This document shows, in pieces, positions 1 to 8,790 of a stretch of DNA of 43,844 nucleotides. The stretch is taken from positions 1-43,844 of the forward strand of contig JBEQLE010000031.1 in the NCBI GenBank assembly GCA_040326155.1, written 5' to 3'. The notes under the pieces were generated by a model that was not told the origin of the DNA, searched no databases, and saw only the letters and a list, made by a program, of their open reading frames with translations. The position numbers and the translations under genes are program-made. The stretch is from Leptospirales bacterium (GTDB lineage: Bacteria > Spirochaetota > Leptospiria > Turneriellales > JAOUFE01). How positions within the stretch are numbered: the stretch's first letter is position 1; each line of letters begins with the position of its first letter.

Positions 1-1164
1 TCTGAAGGCGTGATCGAAGTAATTCTTCAGGCTTTAAAAAATTATGGAAGTCAGAGTTGTGCTTATTTAATCTCCGATATTAAAAATTTTATTCCAACCG
101 ATGAAGATATTGCAAAAATTCTTAAAATTTTGAATGGTCTGAATCCGCAGAAAGATGAGAATTCTCGTAATCTATATTATCACTTAAAAAACAGCCTTTT
201 TAATTTTCCATTCGAAATTTTACAGAAGAACTATGATGCCATTGCTTTTAATAAGGAAATTCTTACAGGTTATAACATCTTAAAAAATAGAAAAGAAGTA
301 ACTTCTCGAAGTCCGGATGTCTTGTGGAATGATTTAGAAAATTTATGCCTGGAGTATAAAGGTAAAAATGAGTTGGAAAAGGAAGATTCTCAATATATAA
401 TATTATATACAGAGGGGCTGACAAACTACAAAAATGAAATTAAACATAAGATCATAATGTCTCTAAGTCAAAAAACAGAGAACTATCATTTTGAAGAATG
501 TCTAGTCGAACTTGCCGGTGAGCTGAAAATTAAGGAAGTTATTCCTTATCTTTTCAGAATTTACTTCGATACAGATTTTATGCATCTGGTGAACTCAAAA
601 TGTATCAATTCTCTTGGTAAAATTGGAACCATTGAAGTCGTGAACGAAGTTGAAAAATATTTCAAACTGAATAATAATATAGATGATGATCACAAAGACC
701 GATTTGCGGATATTTTGAAATATATTCCCTTTGAATATGCAGAAAATTTAGCAATAGAGTTGCTGAAAAAAGAAAAAGACACAAGTGTGCGAACCACTCT
801 TGCAGGGGCTTTATGTGATATCTTTTCTTTAAAAGGAACGGATTTAGTTGCAGCAATGATAAAGAATCAAGAATATGACTCATCCATAATGGAGCTTTAT
901 GAATATTTGTTCCCGGTGTATATTTACCATGAACAAAAAATTACAGAAGAGTTATTGAACATTGAAAAAGAAGATAAAATATTTATACAAAAGAAAAAAG
1001 AGGGCGACCCATTGTATATGATGGGTCAAGAATTCAGAAATAATATACTTGGACCTGACCTTTCCACTGATTCTAAAAAAGAATCACTACAAAAAAAGAG
1101 TAATGTGGTTTCCTTAAATGTTGCCAAAAGCAAAAGGAAATCGAGCAGAAGGAATAAAAGATAA
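1..1164 (+). CDS. HEAT/ARM-repeat hypothetical protein (DUF1186-like), probably 5'-truncated by the window edge
   Basis: Frame is open from base 1 (tct gaa ggc gtg...). Helical repeats such as INSLGKIGTIEVV and VRTTLAGALCDI; basic C-terminal tail. Confidence 0.55.
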   Translation, partial: SEGVIEVILQALKNYGSQSCAYLISDIKNFIPTDEDIAKILKILNGLNPQKDENSRNLYYHLKNSLFNFPFEILQKNYDAIAFNKEILTGYNILKNRKEVTSRSPDVLWNDLENLCLEYKGKNELEKEDSQYIILYTEGLTNYKNEIKHKIIMSLSQKTENYHFEECLVELAGELKIKEVIPYLFRIYFDTDFMHLVNSKCINSLGKIGTIEVVNEVEKYFKLNNNIDDDHKDRFADILKYIPFEYAENLAIELLKKEKDTSVRTTLAGALCDIFSLKGTDLVAAMIKNQEYDSSIMELYEYLFPVYIYHEQKITEELLNIEKEDKIFIQKKKEGDPLYMMGQEFRNNILGPDLSTDSKKESLQKKSNVVSLNVAKSKRKSSRRNKR

Positions 1165-1287
1165 CTGCTTTATTCTTTTGTTTTGGTTATAGTTTTTAAC
1201 CGTTGGGCGATAAATTTATATTTTTTATATAAGTTTACAAATTGAAAGGTAAAATATTGGGTGGTAAAAATTATACCAGGGGGAAAT

Positions 1288-1791
1288 ATGTCAGAAGAAA
1301 ACAGTGTAGAAGATATGGAAGGGGTGGTTGAAGAATTGCCCGTTGTTAACGAAGAAGAAAAAAAAGAGATGATGGCGAAATTGGAGATGGAACAAAATCT
1401 ACCATTAGCTATTGTTGGCGGGGCGGTTGCGGCGATTATCGGGGCGGCAATTTGGGCGACAGTTACAGTCGTTACCGAATACCAGATCGGGTGGATGGCC
1501 ATCGGCGTTGGATTTCTGGTAGGCTACGCAGTAAGGTTTCTTGGAAAAGGGATAAGCCCGATTTTCGGTATTGTAGGGGCCACATTCGCATTGCTTGGAT
1601 GCGTTCTCGGGAACATCTTCTCCATGGTATATTTTGGTTCCGTTCAAGAAGGTGTGCCCTTTTTTGAACTTCTTTCGAGTGTTCCAATTTCCGCTTTGTT
1701 TTCAATGATGGTTGAAACATTCGCTCTTATGGATCTTTTGTTTTATGGACTTGCTATCTATGAAGGGTTTAAACTATCTTTCAGGGTATAA
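1288..1791 (+). CDS. Hypothetical integral membrane protein
   Basis: ATG at 1288 follows a GGGGGA SD-like run. Acidic N-terminus, then 4-5 Gly/Ala-rich TM segments. Confidence 0.75.
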   Translation: MSEENSVEDMEGVVEELPVVNEEEKKEMMAKLEMEQNLPLAIVGGAVAAIIGAAIWATVTVVTEYQIGWMAIGVGFLVGYAVRFLGKGISPIFGIVGATFALLGCVLGNIFSMVYFGSVQEGVPFFELLSSVPISALFSMMVETFALMDLLFYGLAIYEGFKLSFRV

Positions 1792-1814
1792 TTGACTCAA
1801 AACAGGGTTGTTTA

Positions 1815-2576
1815 TTATTCAGTCGCCGGAGATTTTTTAAACAGTGAAGATGTGAATTTCCACCAGATAAATATACTTATGGCGGCGAAGGCCAGGGCGA
1901 TGGGCAGTGTAAAAAGCTCTGTTCCGAAGAGGCGAGTAGAGAGTAGGTACGCATCTGTTTGCAAATACGCTCCGGTCATTCGGTAACTGAAAAGATAAAC
2001 GTAGATGTCGTCCATACTTTGGAACGATAAAAAAGTTCCCAGAAAGACCGCAATATGACAGTCCCACTTTGTTTTCCACACCAGAAAAATAAGCCCGGCG
2101 GCGACTGCGAGTGAAAGTATAAAACCTATAGATAACCAGGTTTTTGCAAACAAGAGTGACATGGCGGCGACCAATAGGCCCAAAACCAAAACTCCGATGG
2201 AAGAGGCTTTCATGTTTGTTGAAAACCGAATTAAGAAACCTGCAACAAAAGCCGCGCCGATATATCCTGCCGATGTAATTAACCATCCGATACCGCCTGA
2301 ACTCATTATGTGACCGGAATAATCTGCATTAATGACATACTCGTGAACTTGACCGCCTGTTAAAATAGCCATAATCGCGTGCATGCTTTCATGAATCGAG
2401 GTTGCAAAATATTTTAACGGACTGAGAAAAATGGAGCGACCGAATAAGAAAACAAACAAAATGGAAAAGACGATGAACCCTAAAAGTTCAAGTTTGCCTA
2501 CATTGCCTGTTTCGCTTGTCAGCTCAGAATTTTCAGAGTCGTTGCGAAAACTTTTTTTAATACTTTCGAAGTTCAT
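1815..2576 (-). CDS. M50B family membrane metallopeptidase
   Basis: IHESMHAIMAILTGG (HExxH), SAGY motif, TDA near the C-terminus, multiple TM helices. Confidence 0.85.
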   Translation of the reverse strand: MNFESIKKSFRNDSENSELTSETGNVGKLELLGFIVFSILFVFLFGRSIFLSPLKYFATSIHESMHAIMAILTGGQVHEYVINADYSGHIMSSGGIGWLITSAGYIGAAFVAGFLIRFSTNMKASSIGVLVLGLLVAAMSLLFAKTWLSIGFILSLAVAAGLIFLVWKTKWDCHIAVFLGTFLSFQSMDDIYVYLFSYRMTGAYLQTDAYLLSTRLFGTELFTLPIALAFAAISIFIWWKFTSSLFKKSPATE

Positions 2577-2706
2577 GGATTATATTCATATATTCCATCA
2601 TGCGGGCAAGTAAAATGTGAGGGTGGGAGTCATGCTAAAATTCTTACTGTACGGGTTGGGTAACATCAGGTTTGATTCCCTTGTTGTTATATTCATGGAA
2701 TGAATT

Positions 2707-4602
2707 ATGGGAACAAAACCTATGCCGGAAAAATCTCATCTTAAACTTGTATCTATTCATATAAAGAAATCGCCACAGGCTATGGGACTGGCGGCTTTGC
2801 TGTTGAAAAGTTATCTGGAATTAGAACAGACAAAAGGTGATACGGTTTTAAAGAAACTCAATACTACCTGTCTCGATTTTTATTCGAATGAACCGGTAGA
2901 GATAATTCTGGAGTCTCTTGAAAAAACAAAACTTGACCTGGTTGGGTTTTCAACTTATATCTGGAATCGTCAAAAAGTAGTCTGGCTGGCTACGCAACTT
3001 AAAAATAAATATCCTGATATTATTGTGTTTGCCGGTGGGGCCGAAGCGTCGGCGAATCCTGTTTCGCTGCTGAATGACGGGCCTTTTGATTTTGTTATAA
3101 AAGGAGAAGCCGAACTTACTTTGAGCGAAGTGATGAAAGAGCTGTTGGCAGACAAGTCTGCTGATCGTATCGGTTTAGAAAATATTCCAGGTGTGTATAC
3201 TCAGAAAAATATTCAAGACATTCAAAGTATTCAAGACGCGCCTTTGGTTATGAATCTTGACAAACTTCCCTCGCCATTTTTACAAGGCAGTGTCGATCTG
3301 AAAAATCGCAAAGGTGTTTTATGGGAGCTTTGTAGAGGTTGTAAATTTCATTGTACATATTGTTACGAGGGGTTGGGCGTAAAAACTGTTCGAAATTTTT
3401 CTCTGGAAAGAATTAAAGCCGAACTGGAACTTTTTGAGGCGAATAAAATAGACCAGATATTTGTTCTAGACCCCATTTTCAACCGGGACCCGAAACGGAC
3501 AAAAGAGATACTCGAACTTATTACCAAAATCGCACCTCAAATTCACTTTATATTTGAAATTCGAACAGAGTATCTGCAAGAAGATGTCGTCGCATTGTTC
3601 CGTAACATTCATTGCAGCCTTCAAATTGGCCTCGAAAGCACAAACCCGGAAGCTCTGAAAGCCGTAAGGCGCAATTTCGATTCGGAAAAATATGCGTTAA
3701 AAATAGAACTGCTGAATGTCTATAATGTTAGTTTTGGTCTGGACCTTATTTATGGACTACCGAAAGACAGTTTGTCGGGTTTCAAAAAAAGTCTGGATTA
3801 TGCTGTGCGGCTTCAGCCCAATCATCTCGATATATTTGTTTTATCTGTTTTGCCGGGAACCGAACTCTATGAAGATCAACAAAAATTCGAACTCAATGTA
3901 AAAGCGGACGCCCCTTACTCTTTAATTTCGTCCCCGACCTTTTCTGAAAAAGAGATGAAAGAGGCGGCCTTGCTTTCTGAGGTCGTCGATTTATTTTATA
4001 ATAGAGGAACAGCCGTACCCTGGTTTTTTATGGTTTTAGAAACACTCCAGGTGGAACCCTCTACTTTTTTTGACCGGTTTTTAAACACTACATACAAAAA
4101 ACAGAAAAAAGATATCTCGGTTTCTGAAATTCTACAACATCAGATTGAGTTTATTCAAGAGCAATTTCAGTTGTCGGGTTACGAGCTGTGGTTTTCTGTG
4201 TTGAGAGATATTATTCAATATCATCATGCTTTGAACCAGTCGTTGATGGCCGGACCTATTAGCGAAACCACTAATAACAAGAGTAAAATTCTTACGCTGG
4301 CCCCGGCAACGAAAATAGTTCACTTAGAATATAACCTCGAAAATTTAATGAGCGTGGGTGAATATACATTTGAAGAATTTCTTGAAATATACAAACCGGA
4401 AAAAACATCTTTGCTTGTTTATAATTCTGGTGGTGAAGTTATTTGTGAAACCATAGACTTTACCTGGGCGCTGTTTTTAGAGAAATTTGAACAACAAAAT
4501 AGTATTGCGAACGTGGTGAAAAATGAACCATTTAAAGAAATTGCTTCGAAAGAGATCAGCGAATTTGTAGAATTTTGTCTACAGCAGAATATTTTAGTTT
4601 GA
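2707..4602 (+). CDS. B12-binding domain radical SAM protein
   Basis: N-terminal B12-binding domain (VGFSTYIWN, AGGAEAS, IKGEAE), RGCKFHCTYC CxxxCxxC motif, DLIYGLP. Confidence 0.9.
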   Translation: MGTKPMPEKSHLKLVSIHIKKSPQAMGLAALLLKSYLELEQTKGDTVLKKLNTTCLDFYSNEPVEIILESLEKTKLDLVGFSTYIWNRQKVVWLATQLKNKYPDIIVFAGGAEASANPVSLLNDGPFDFVIKGEAELTLSEVMKELLADKSADRIGLENIPGVYTQKNIQDIQSIQDAPLVMNLDKLPSPFLQGSVDLKNRKGVLWELCRGCKFHCTYCYEGLGVKTVRNFSLERIKAELELFEANKIDQIFVLDPIFNRDPKRTKEILELITKIAPQIHFIFEIRTEYLQEDVVALFRNIHCSLQIGLESTNPEALKAVRRNFDSEKYALKIELLNVYNVSFGLDLIYGLPKDSLSGFKKSLDYAVRLQPNHLDIFVLSVLPGTELYEDQQKFELNVKADAPYSLISSPTFSEKEMKEAALLSEVVDLFYNRGTAVPWFFMVLETLQVEPSTFFDRFLNTTYKKQKKDISVSEILQHQIEFIQEQFQLSGYELWFSVLRDIIQYHHALNQSLMAGPISETTNNKSKILTLAPATKIVHLEYNLENLMSVGEYTFEEFLEIYKPEKTSLLVYNSGGEVICETIDFTWALFLEKFEQQNSIANVVKNEPFKEIASKEISEFVEFCLQQNILV

Positions 4603-4761
4603 ATGAATATTTCTTTGGGCTGTAACTATTGTTTTACAGGCGTAGTACAGATACTGCTGGTTAGGCGTATATATATGGTAAGCCTGCGTGGATAGTTTTC
4701 TCTTAATTTTTAAAACCGAGTTATTGGCAATTATCCAATGTCTCCCGGATTCGGGTATTTA

Positions 4762-5325
4762 TTACCAGTAATCGCTGGGTTTGTAGTGGGTGAATTCGAA
4801 GAGCTGGTGTCTTTTGCGGGTGGTGTGGAATCTCACACCATGGTAGATCTTGATACCCAGGCATCGCCAGGCCGTACTGTTGAACCTGCCACGGTAATCC
4901 CTGGAATGTCCAAAAGACGGAAACTTGCTCACTAACTCATCCAAATATAGCGCAAGTGCCAAGCGAACCAGATGAGTCATAGTACAGCCCATTTTTGCAG
5001 CACTAATTCGAATAAATAATTCGTCTTGTCCGTATAGACACAACCTGTGCCTGTGCTTTTTCTGACTATCTACTCGTTCGCCTCGCACCAATTCATTTAG
5101 CCTGGCGATTTTCCTCGAACGCGCTCCCACAATTTCAACACCCCTATGCAACGGCCCACTTCGTTTAATCATTCTAAAAATAGCATACCGAACCACCCAT
5201 GAGCAACTACGGTTTTTACCGATGGCCACCCATTTTATCTTTTTCCAGGTTAAATATGGCAGACGAATTTCTAAAACATTATCAATCGGGATCTTCAGTT
5301 TTCTATACGTACTTTTGTTCTTCAT
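4762..5325 (-). CDS. DUF1564-like putative tandem ribbon-helix-helix DNA-binding protein, copy 1 (187 aa)
   Basis: Start at 5325 (MKNKSTYRKLK) gives the same 564-nt length as the paralogue at 17867-18430. Two strand-helix-helix units: LEIRLP...SWVVRYAI and HRLCLY...MTHLVRLAL. Confidence 0.7.
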   Translation of the reverse strand: MKNKSTYRKLKIPIDNVLEIRLPYLTWKKIKWVAIGKNRSCSWVVRYAIFRMIKRSGPLHRGVEIVGARSRKIARLNELVRGERVDSQKKHRHRLCLYGQDELFIRISAAKMGCTMTHLVRLALALYLDELVSKFPSFGHSRDYRGRFNSTAWRCLGIKIYHGVRFHTTRKRHQLFEFTHYKPSDYW

Positions 5326-5748
5326 ATAGGTGTAATAGGCAATAGTTGGCTTTTTTTTCATCTTAATGCACAAAAAAATCCTGCGGTTACTTTTATTTCG
5401 ACAAAAAATCCTTCGGTTTTTAGCTTTCTTTGTAGATCTGAAGTCTGTGGTTTCACCACAGTTTCTTGCACGCATTATAGACTGCTGAGCTGCAAAAAAA
5501 TATCGTATTGGGTAGCGGAGAATTTTTTTCGGTATCGAAAAAAATCGGAGCGAGGGAAAAGGTTAAAAACCGCCCTGGCTAAGTACCCACTTTTCCCCTG
5601 AAAATTTAATGGAGAAGATACGACGGGTCTATACGTAACGAAAAGAGATCTAAAATTTATATGCTTGACATATTAAAGTTAATTTTTTTATATTGATTTT
5701 GTTTATTGTTAACACATTAGCATATCCATATAGCATCAGGAGTAGAAA

Positions 5749-6306
5749 GTGAAAGAGAATAAAAAAGAAAAAACATCCGTAAAAAAGAAAATCATTAAAG
5801 AAGTAAAGGTCTCTCTTGATTATATGTTACGGACTACCATGCAACATCATATTCAATTGAGTACGATGGCCGATCAGAAAGCAAATATTATGATTGGAGC
5901 TAACGCATTTATATTTTCTATTTTAATCAGTGACCTTGCTCTGGCCGGCCCATATTGGGGTTTTTTCAGTCTCTGCGGAACCTCCATAGCTTCTTTAACT
6001 TTTGCCATACTTGCTGTCATGCCTACTTACATGAACAGTAAAAAACAAGAACGAATGCAGATGGACAAAAATTTACTGTTTTTTGGACATTTTACTCAAT
6101 TATCCTATGAAGATTATCTGGAAGAGTTGGACAAAGTTGTTTACGATGATAGAATGGTTTTTGAGAGTATGGTAAATGACCTTTATCAACTTGGAAAAGT
6201 ATTGAAAAATCGAAAATATAAATATCTGTCTTTAAGCTATAGTTTATTCTTATATGGAATTACACTGAGTATGATTCTCGTCTTTGTTCAATTGTCGATT
6301 CATTAA
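5749..6306 (+). CDS. Pycsar-effector-family (DUF5706) transmembrane protein
   Basis: Family motifs LSTMADQKANIMI, NLLFFGHF and DLYQLGKVL..KYKYL..SY; 3 TM segments. Confidence 0.8.
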   Translation: MKENKKEKTSVKKKIIKEVKVSLDYMLRTTMQHHIQLSTMADQKANIMIGANAFIFSILISDLALAGPYWGFFSLCGTSIASLTFAILAVMPTYMNSKKQERMQMDKNLLFFGHFTQLSYEDYLEELDKVVYDDRMVFESMVNDLYQLGKVLKNRKYKYLSLSYSLFLYGITLSMILVFVQLSIH

Positions 6307-6345
6307 TCTATATGTTACTCTATATAAAGAAGATAAATAACCAGA

Positions 6346-7602
6346 TTATTTCCTTTTTTTAGAAGACCCTTCTGGTTTAATGCTCATAAGTTCTTCGTCA
6401 TAGTGAAATGTTTCGCGCAACAAACGATTTATTTCGTCTGGATTTTTGATCTGGTATTCATCAAGCAGGGTTTTTCTAAATTTTGGCAATTTATAGTTTC
6501 GTAGAAACTCCGACGCCGTAGAACAGAACTCTTTTACTTTGAGCGCTTTTTCCTGCCCGATAATAGTATAAAGGCGCGCTGAATCTACCCAGATATCGAC
6601 CATGGGAGCAATTGCATATTGGTATTTTTTCAGTTCCGCAATTCTAGGGTAGGCCGCCAGGGTGGTAATGTTCTCAATTCCTTCTTCATGTAATCTCAAT
6701 ATCTGACTTCGGGAGATTGTTGGTAATTCGACAAGCGATCCTTTTTCCTGGCTTCCTCCCTGCATGGCCTTCATCCCATACTCTTTTAGAATACTCAAAG
6801 CCGTTAGCGGAAAATAACCTACCAGGAACATTGCCATATTCCCTTGTTCCATCTCTACGGATGATAACACCAGCGAGATGCCATAAACAAAAAGTAGTTT
6901 ACCGACAAGAAAACGATAAACACGGGTTCCATACACATCGTCGTAATAAAGTTTACTGATAAAGTAAGATACCAGATTCAAATACCAGCCGACAAACCCG
7001 GCTACAACAAGGGGAATATTGGGGCTTAGAATAAAACCGGGCAGGGTAGTGTTGGTAAAAATATCCTGGGTGTTTATATATTCAGCGAGCGTACTACCGC
7101 CTCGTCCCTCCGGATTTACCGTGTAGAGCCATCCGGTTGTCATTGCAAAGGCTAAGGCAAATTTCATCCACCAACTGCCCCTTATACTGGCAATACGGTC
7201 CTTAAGTGTAATGTCTTTTCTATTATACCGAAATGCTACTTTTATTCCGAGCAGGGCAAAAGGTAAGAGGGTCATAATGCAGATAAAGATCGAATAACGA
7301 AGCCATATACTATGAATTTTTCCGCCTATAACGTCAATTTTTTCTTGAAGATTTCCACTTTGTTTACTTCGCAGGAAATACTCTTTCAACATTTTTTCTT
7401 TGGGGGGAATTTCCGTTTCTGCATCAATTATAATAAATTCATCCTGGTCACGTATTGCTTCACCGTGTTTTTGAATTTCCTGCGCAATATTCACCGTTCT
7501 TTTGTGATATGCAGGGACTGTAATGGCCAGCGCTACAATTGCCGGAGAACAATACCCCAGGAGTATTAAACTTTTCTTTGTGAAGTTCCATATATATTTC
7601 AT
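6346..7602 (-). CDS. Hypothetical multi-pass membrane protein with a C-terminal helix-hairpin-helix-like domain
   Basis: About 6 TM segments (AGFVGWY, FLVGYFP), then SLVELPTISRSQILRLHEEGIENITTLA, an HhH-like pattern. Confidence 0.65.
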   Translation of the reverse strand: MKYIWNFTKKSLILLGYCSPAIVALAITVPAYHKRTVNIAQEIQKHGEAIRDQDEFIIIDAETEIPPKEKMLKEYFLRSKQSGNLQEKIDVIGGKIHSIWLRYSIFICIMTLLPFALLGIKVAFRYNRKDITLKDRIASIRGSWWMKFALAFAMTTGWLYTVNPEGRGGSTLAEYINTQDIFTNTTLPGFILSPNIPLVVAGFVGWYLNLVSYFISKLYYDDVYGTRVYRFLVGKLLFVYGISLVLSSVEMEQGNMAMFLVGYFPLTALSILKEYGMKAMQGGSQEKGSLVELPTISRSQILRLHEEGIENITTLAAYPRIAELKKYQYAIAPMVDIWVDSARLYTIIGQEKALKVKEFCSTASEFLRNYKLPKFRKTLLDEYQIKNPDEINRLLRETFHYDEELMSIKPEGSSKKRK

Positions 7603-7749
7603 AATTTCTACCTGCGAGAGTCCATCATTAAAGAAATGTCTCTTATATAACCTTCAATACACATCATTGTCACTGTCTGTCAATATAAATAATAAAATAA
7701 AATAGATTAATTAATTTTGATGAATTTCAGTATGGTATAATTTTTAAAA

Positions 7750-8023
7750 GGGGTAAGTCTACCCCCTCGCCCAAGCCAAGGTCTCGGGCTACCCCCGACG
7801 TTTTCCAGCTTTACATGGCTTCATGTTTGAAGTTTATCTTTTTATTCAATATTATTATTTAATTTTCCGGCGGTCAGCCGGGGATGTGTCACTTTTCTTT
7901 TCCGCAAAAGAAAAGTAACCAAAAGAAAACGCCCAATCCCGCCACCCTCCTGGCGGGGGGATTGGGTAGATTGAGCCTCCCGGTATTGGTTCTGTTGGTG
8001 TTTTTTCGGGGGCTTCGCGGTTT
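7750..8023 (+). repeat. Dispersed structured element, copy A
   Basis: Shares GGGG..CCCC hairpin, AT-rich spacer, CCGGC-N5-GCCGG hairpin, GTGTCACTTTTCTTTT..AAAAGAAAAGTAACCAAAAGAAAA, CGCCACCCTCC and GAGCCTCCCGGTATTGGTTCTG with copies B and C. Confidence 0.9.
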
Positions 8024-8156
8024 ATTGTGATGTGGATGGGTTTACTGTTAGCTTGCCGATGGCAGAAAGTTTTATGTAGAATTACATTGGTATGAAGCCC
8101 ATGGAATAGGAAAAAAAATGGAAAAAATTAAAAGGTTTTTGTAAATTGTGTGTACT

Positions 8157-8363
8157 ATGAATTATAGAGTATGCGTAAATAATGAAGGTTATGAACCCGA
8201 CCTGCAAAAAGGGAAAAAGTACCTACTCAACCCCAATGCAGAAAATTTACCCGAGGGTTTTATCTCCGTCATCGACGACTCAGGTGAAGATTATATCTAC
8301 GCAGCAGAAAATTTTATTCCCGTCCCAGGCGGCGAAACGAAAGAAGACAGACTAAGAAATTGA
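8157..8363 (+). CDS. Small conserved hypothetical protein (68 aa)
   Basis: VCVNNEGYEPDL..GKKY...VIDDSGEDYIY..ENF resembles a widespread small-protein family often seen near toxin-antitoxin loci (recognised from memory). Confidence 0.7.
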   Translation: MNYRVCVNNEGYEPDLQKGKKYLLNPNAENLPEGFISVIDDSGEDYIYAAENFIPVPGGETKEDRLRN

Positions 8364-8420
8364 ACCACTCCATGAAGCGTTTGGCTTCGAGAACTTCCAT
8401 TATACATTATACAATATACA

Positions 8421-8480
8421 TTTTAAAAGGGGTAAGCCTACCCCCTCACTGCAAACCAAGCACAGCAAACCCTGACCCAA
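8421..8480 (+). repeat. Partial 5' end of the dispersed element (copy D)
   Basis: TTTTAAAAGGGGTAAGCCTACCCCCTC versus TTTTAAAAGGGGTAAGTCTACCCCCTC at 7742; the following CTGCAAAC is shared with copy C. Confidence 0.75.
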
Positions 8481-8557
8481 AACCCGGAAACGACAACCGC
8501 CTCATACCAATCGTAGCCATACTGTTCGGCGCGATCAGCAAAATGAAATAACACGTA

Positions 8558-8760
8558 TTACAATAATGCCTCCGACATATCAGCCTCTTCTTTCAGTTTT
8601 TTCAACCAATTGTAAAGAGTCGGGGTAGCTATTCCAGTGTCTTTTGAAATCTCACTCACTGATCCGCCATCCGGCTTCAACATACGCCTGACGGTTCTTT
8701 TTTTAAATCCTTTATCATACTTCATTTGTCACCTCGTTTTGGGTGACAACTTTTCTGACA
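8558..8760 (-). mobile_element. IS3-family remnant: left inverted repeat plus truncated orfA (55 aa HTH, 8725-8558)
   Basis: Minus strand begins TGTCAGAAAAGTTGTCAC, then GAGG SD, then MKYDKGFKKRTVRRMLKPDGGSVSEISKDTGIATPTLYNWLKK (HTH_Tnp_1 pattern). No DDE orfB follows. Not in the ORF track (under 60 aa). Confidence 0.75.
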
Positions 8761-8790
8761 ATAGGGGTGGCCACCCCGCACCGAATTGAA

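Noticed and set aside
5326..5475. 50-aa N-terminal extension of the ORF 4762..5475
   Set aside because: The paralogue starts at the equivalent of 5325, and the extension runs through the repeated non-coding motif.
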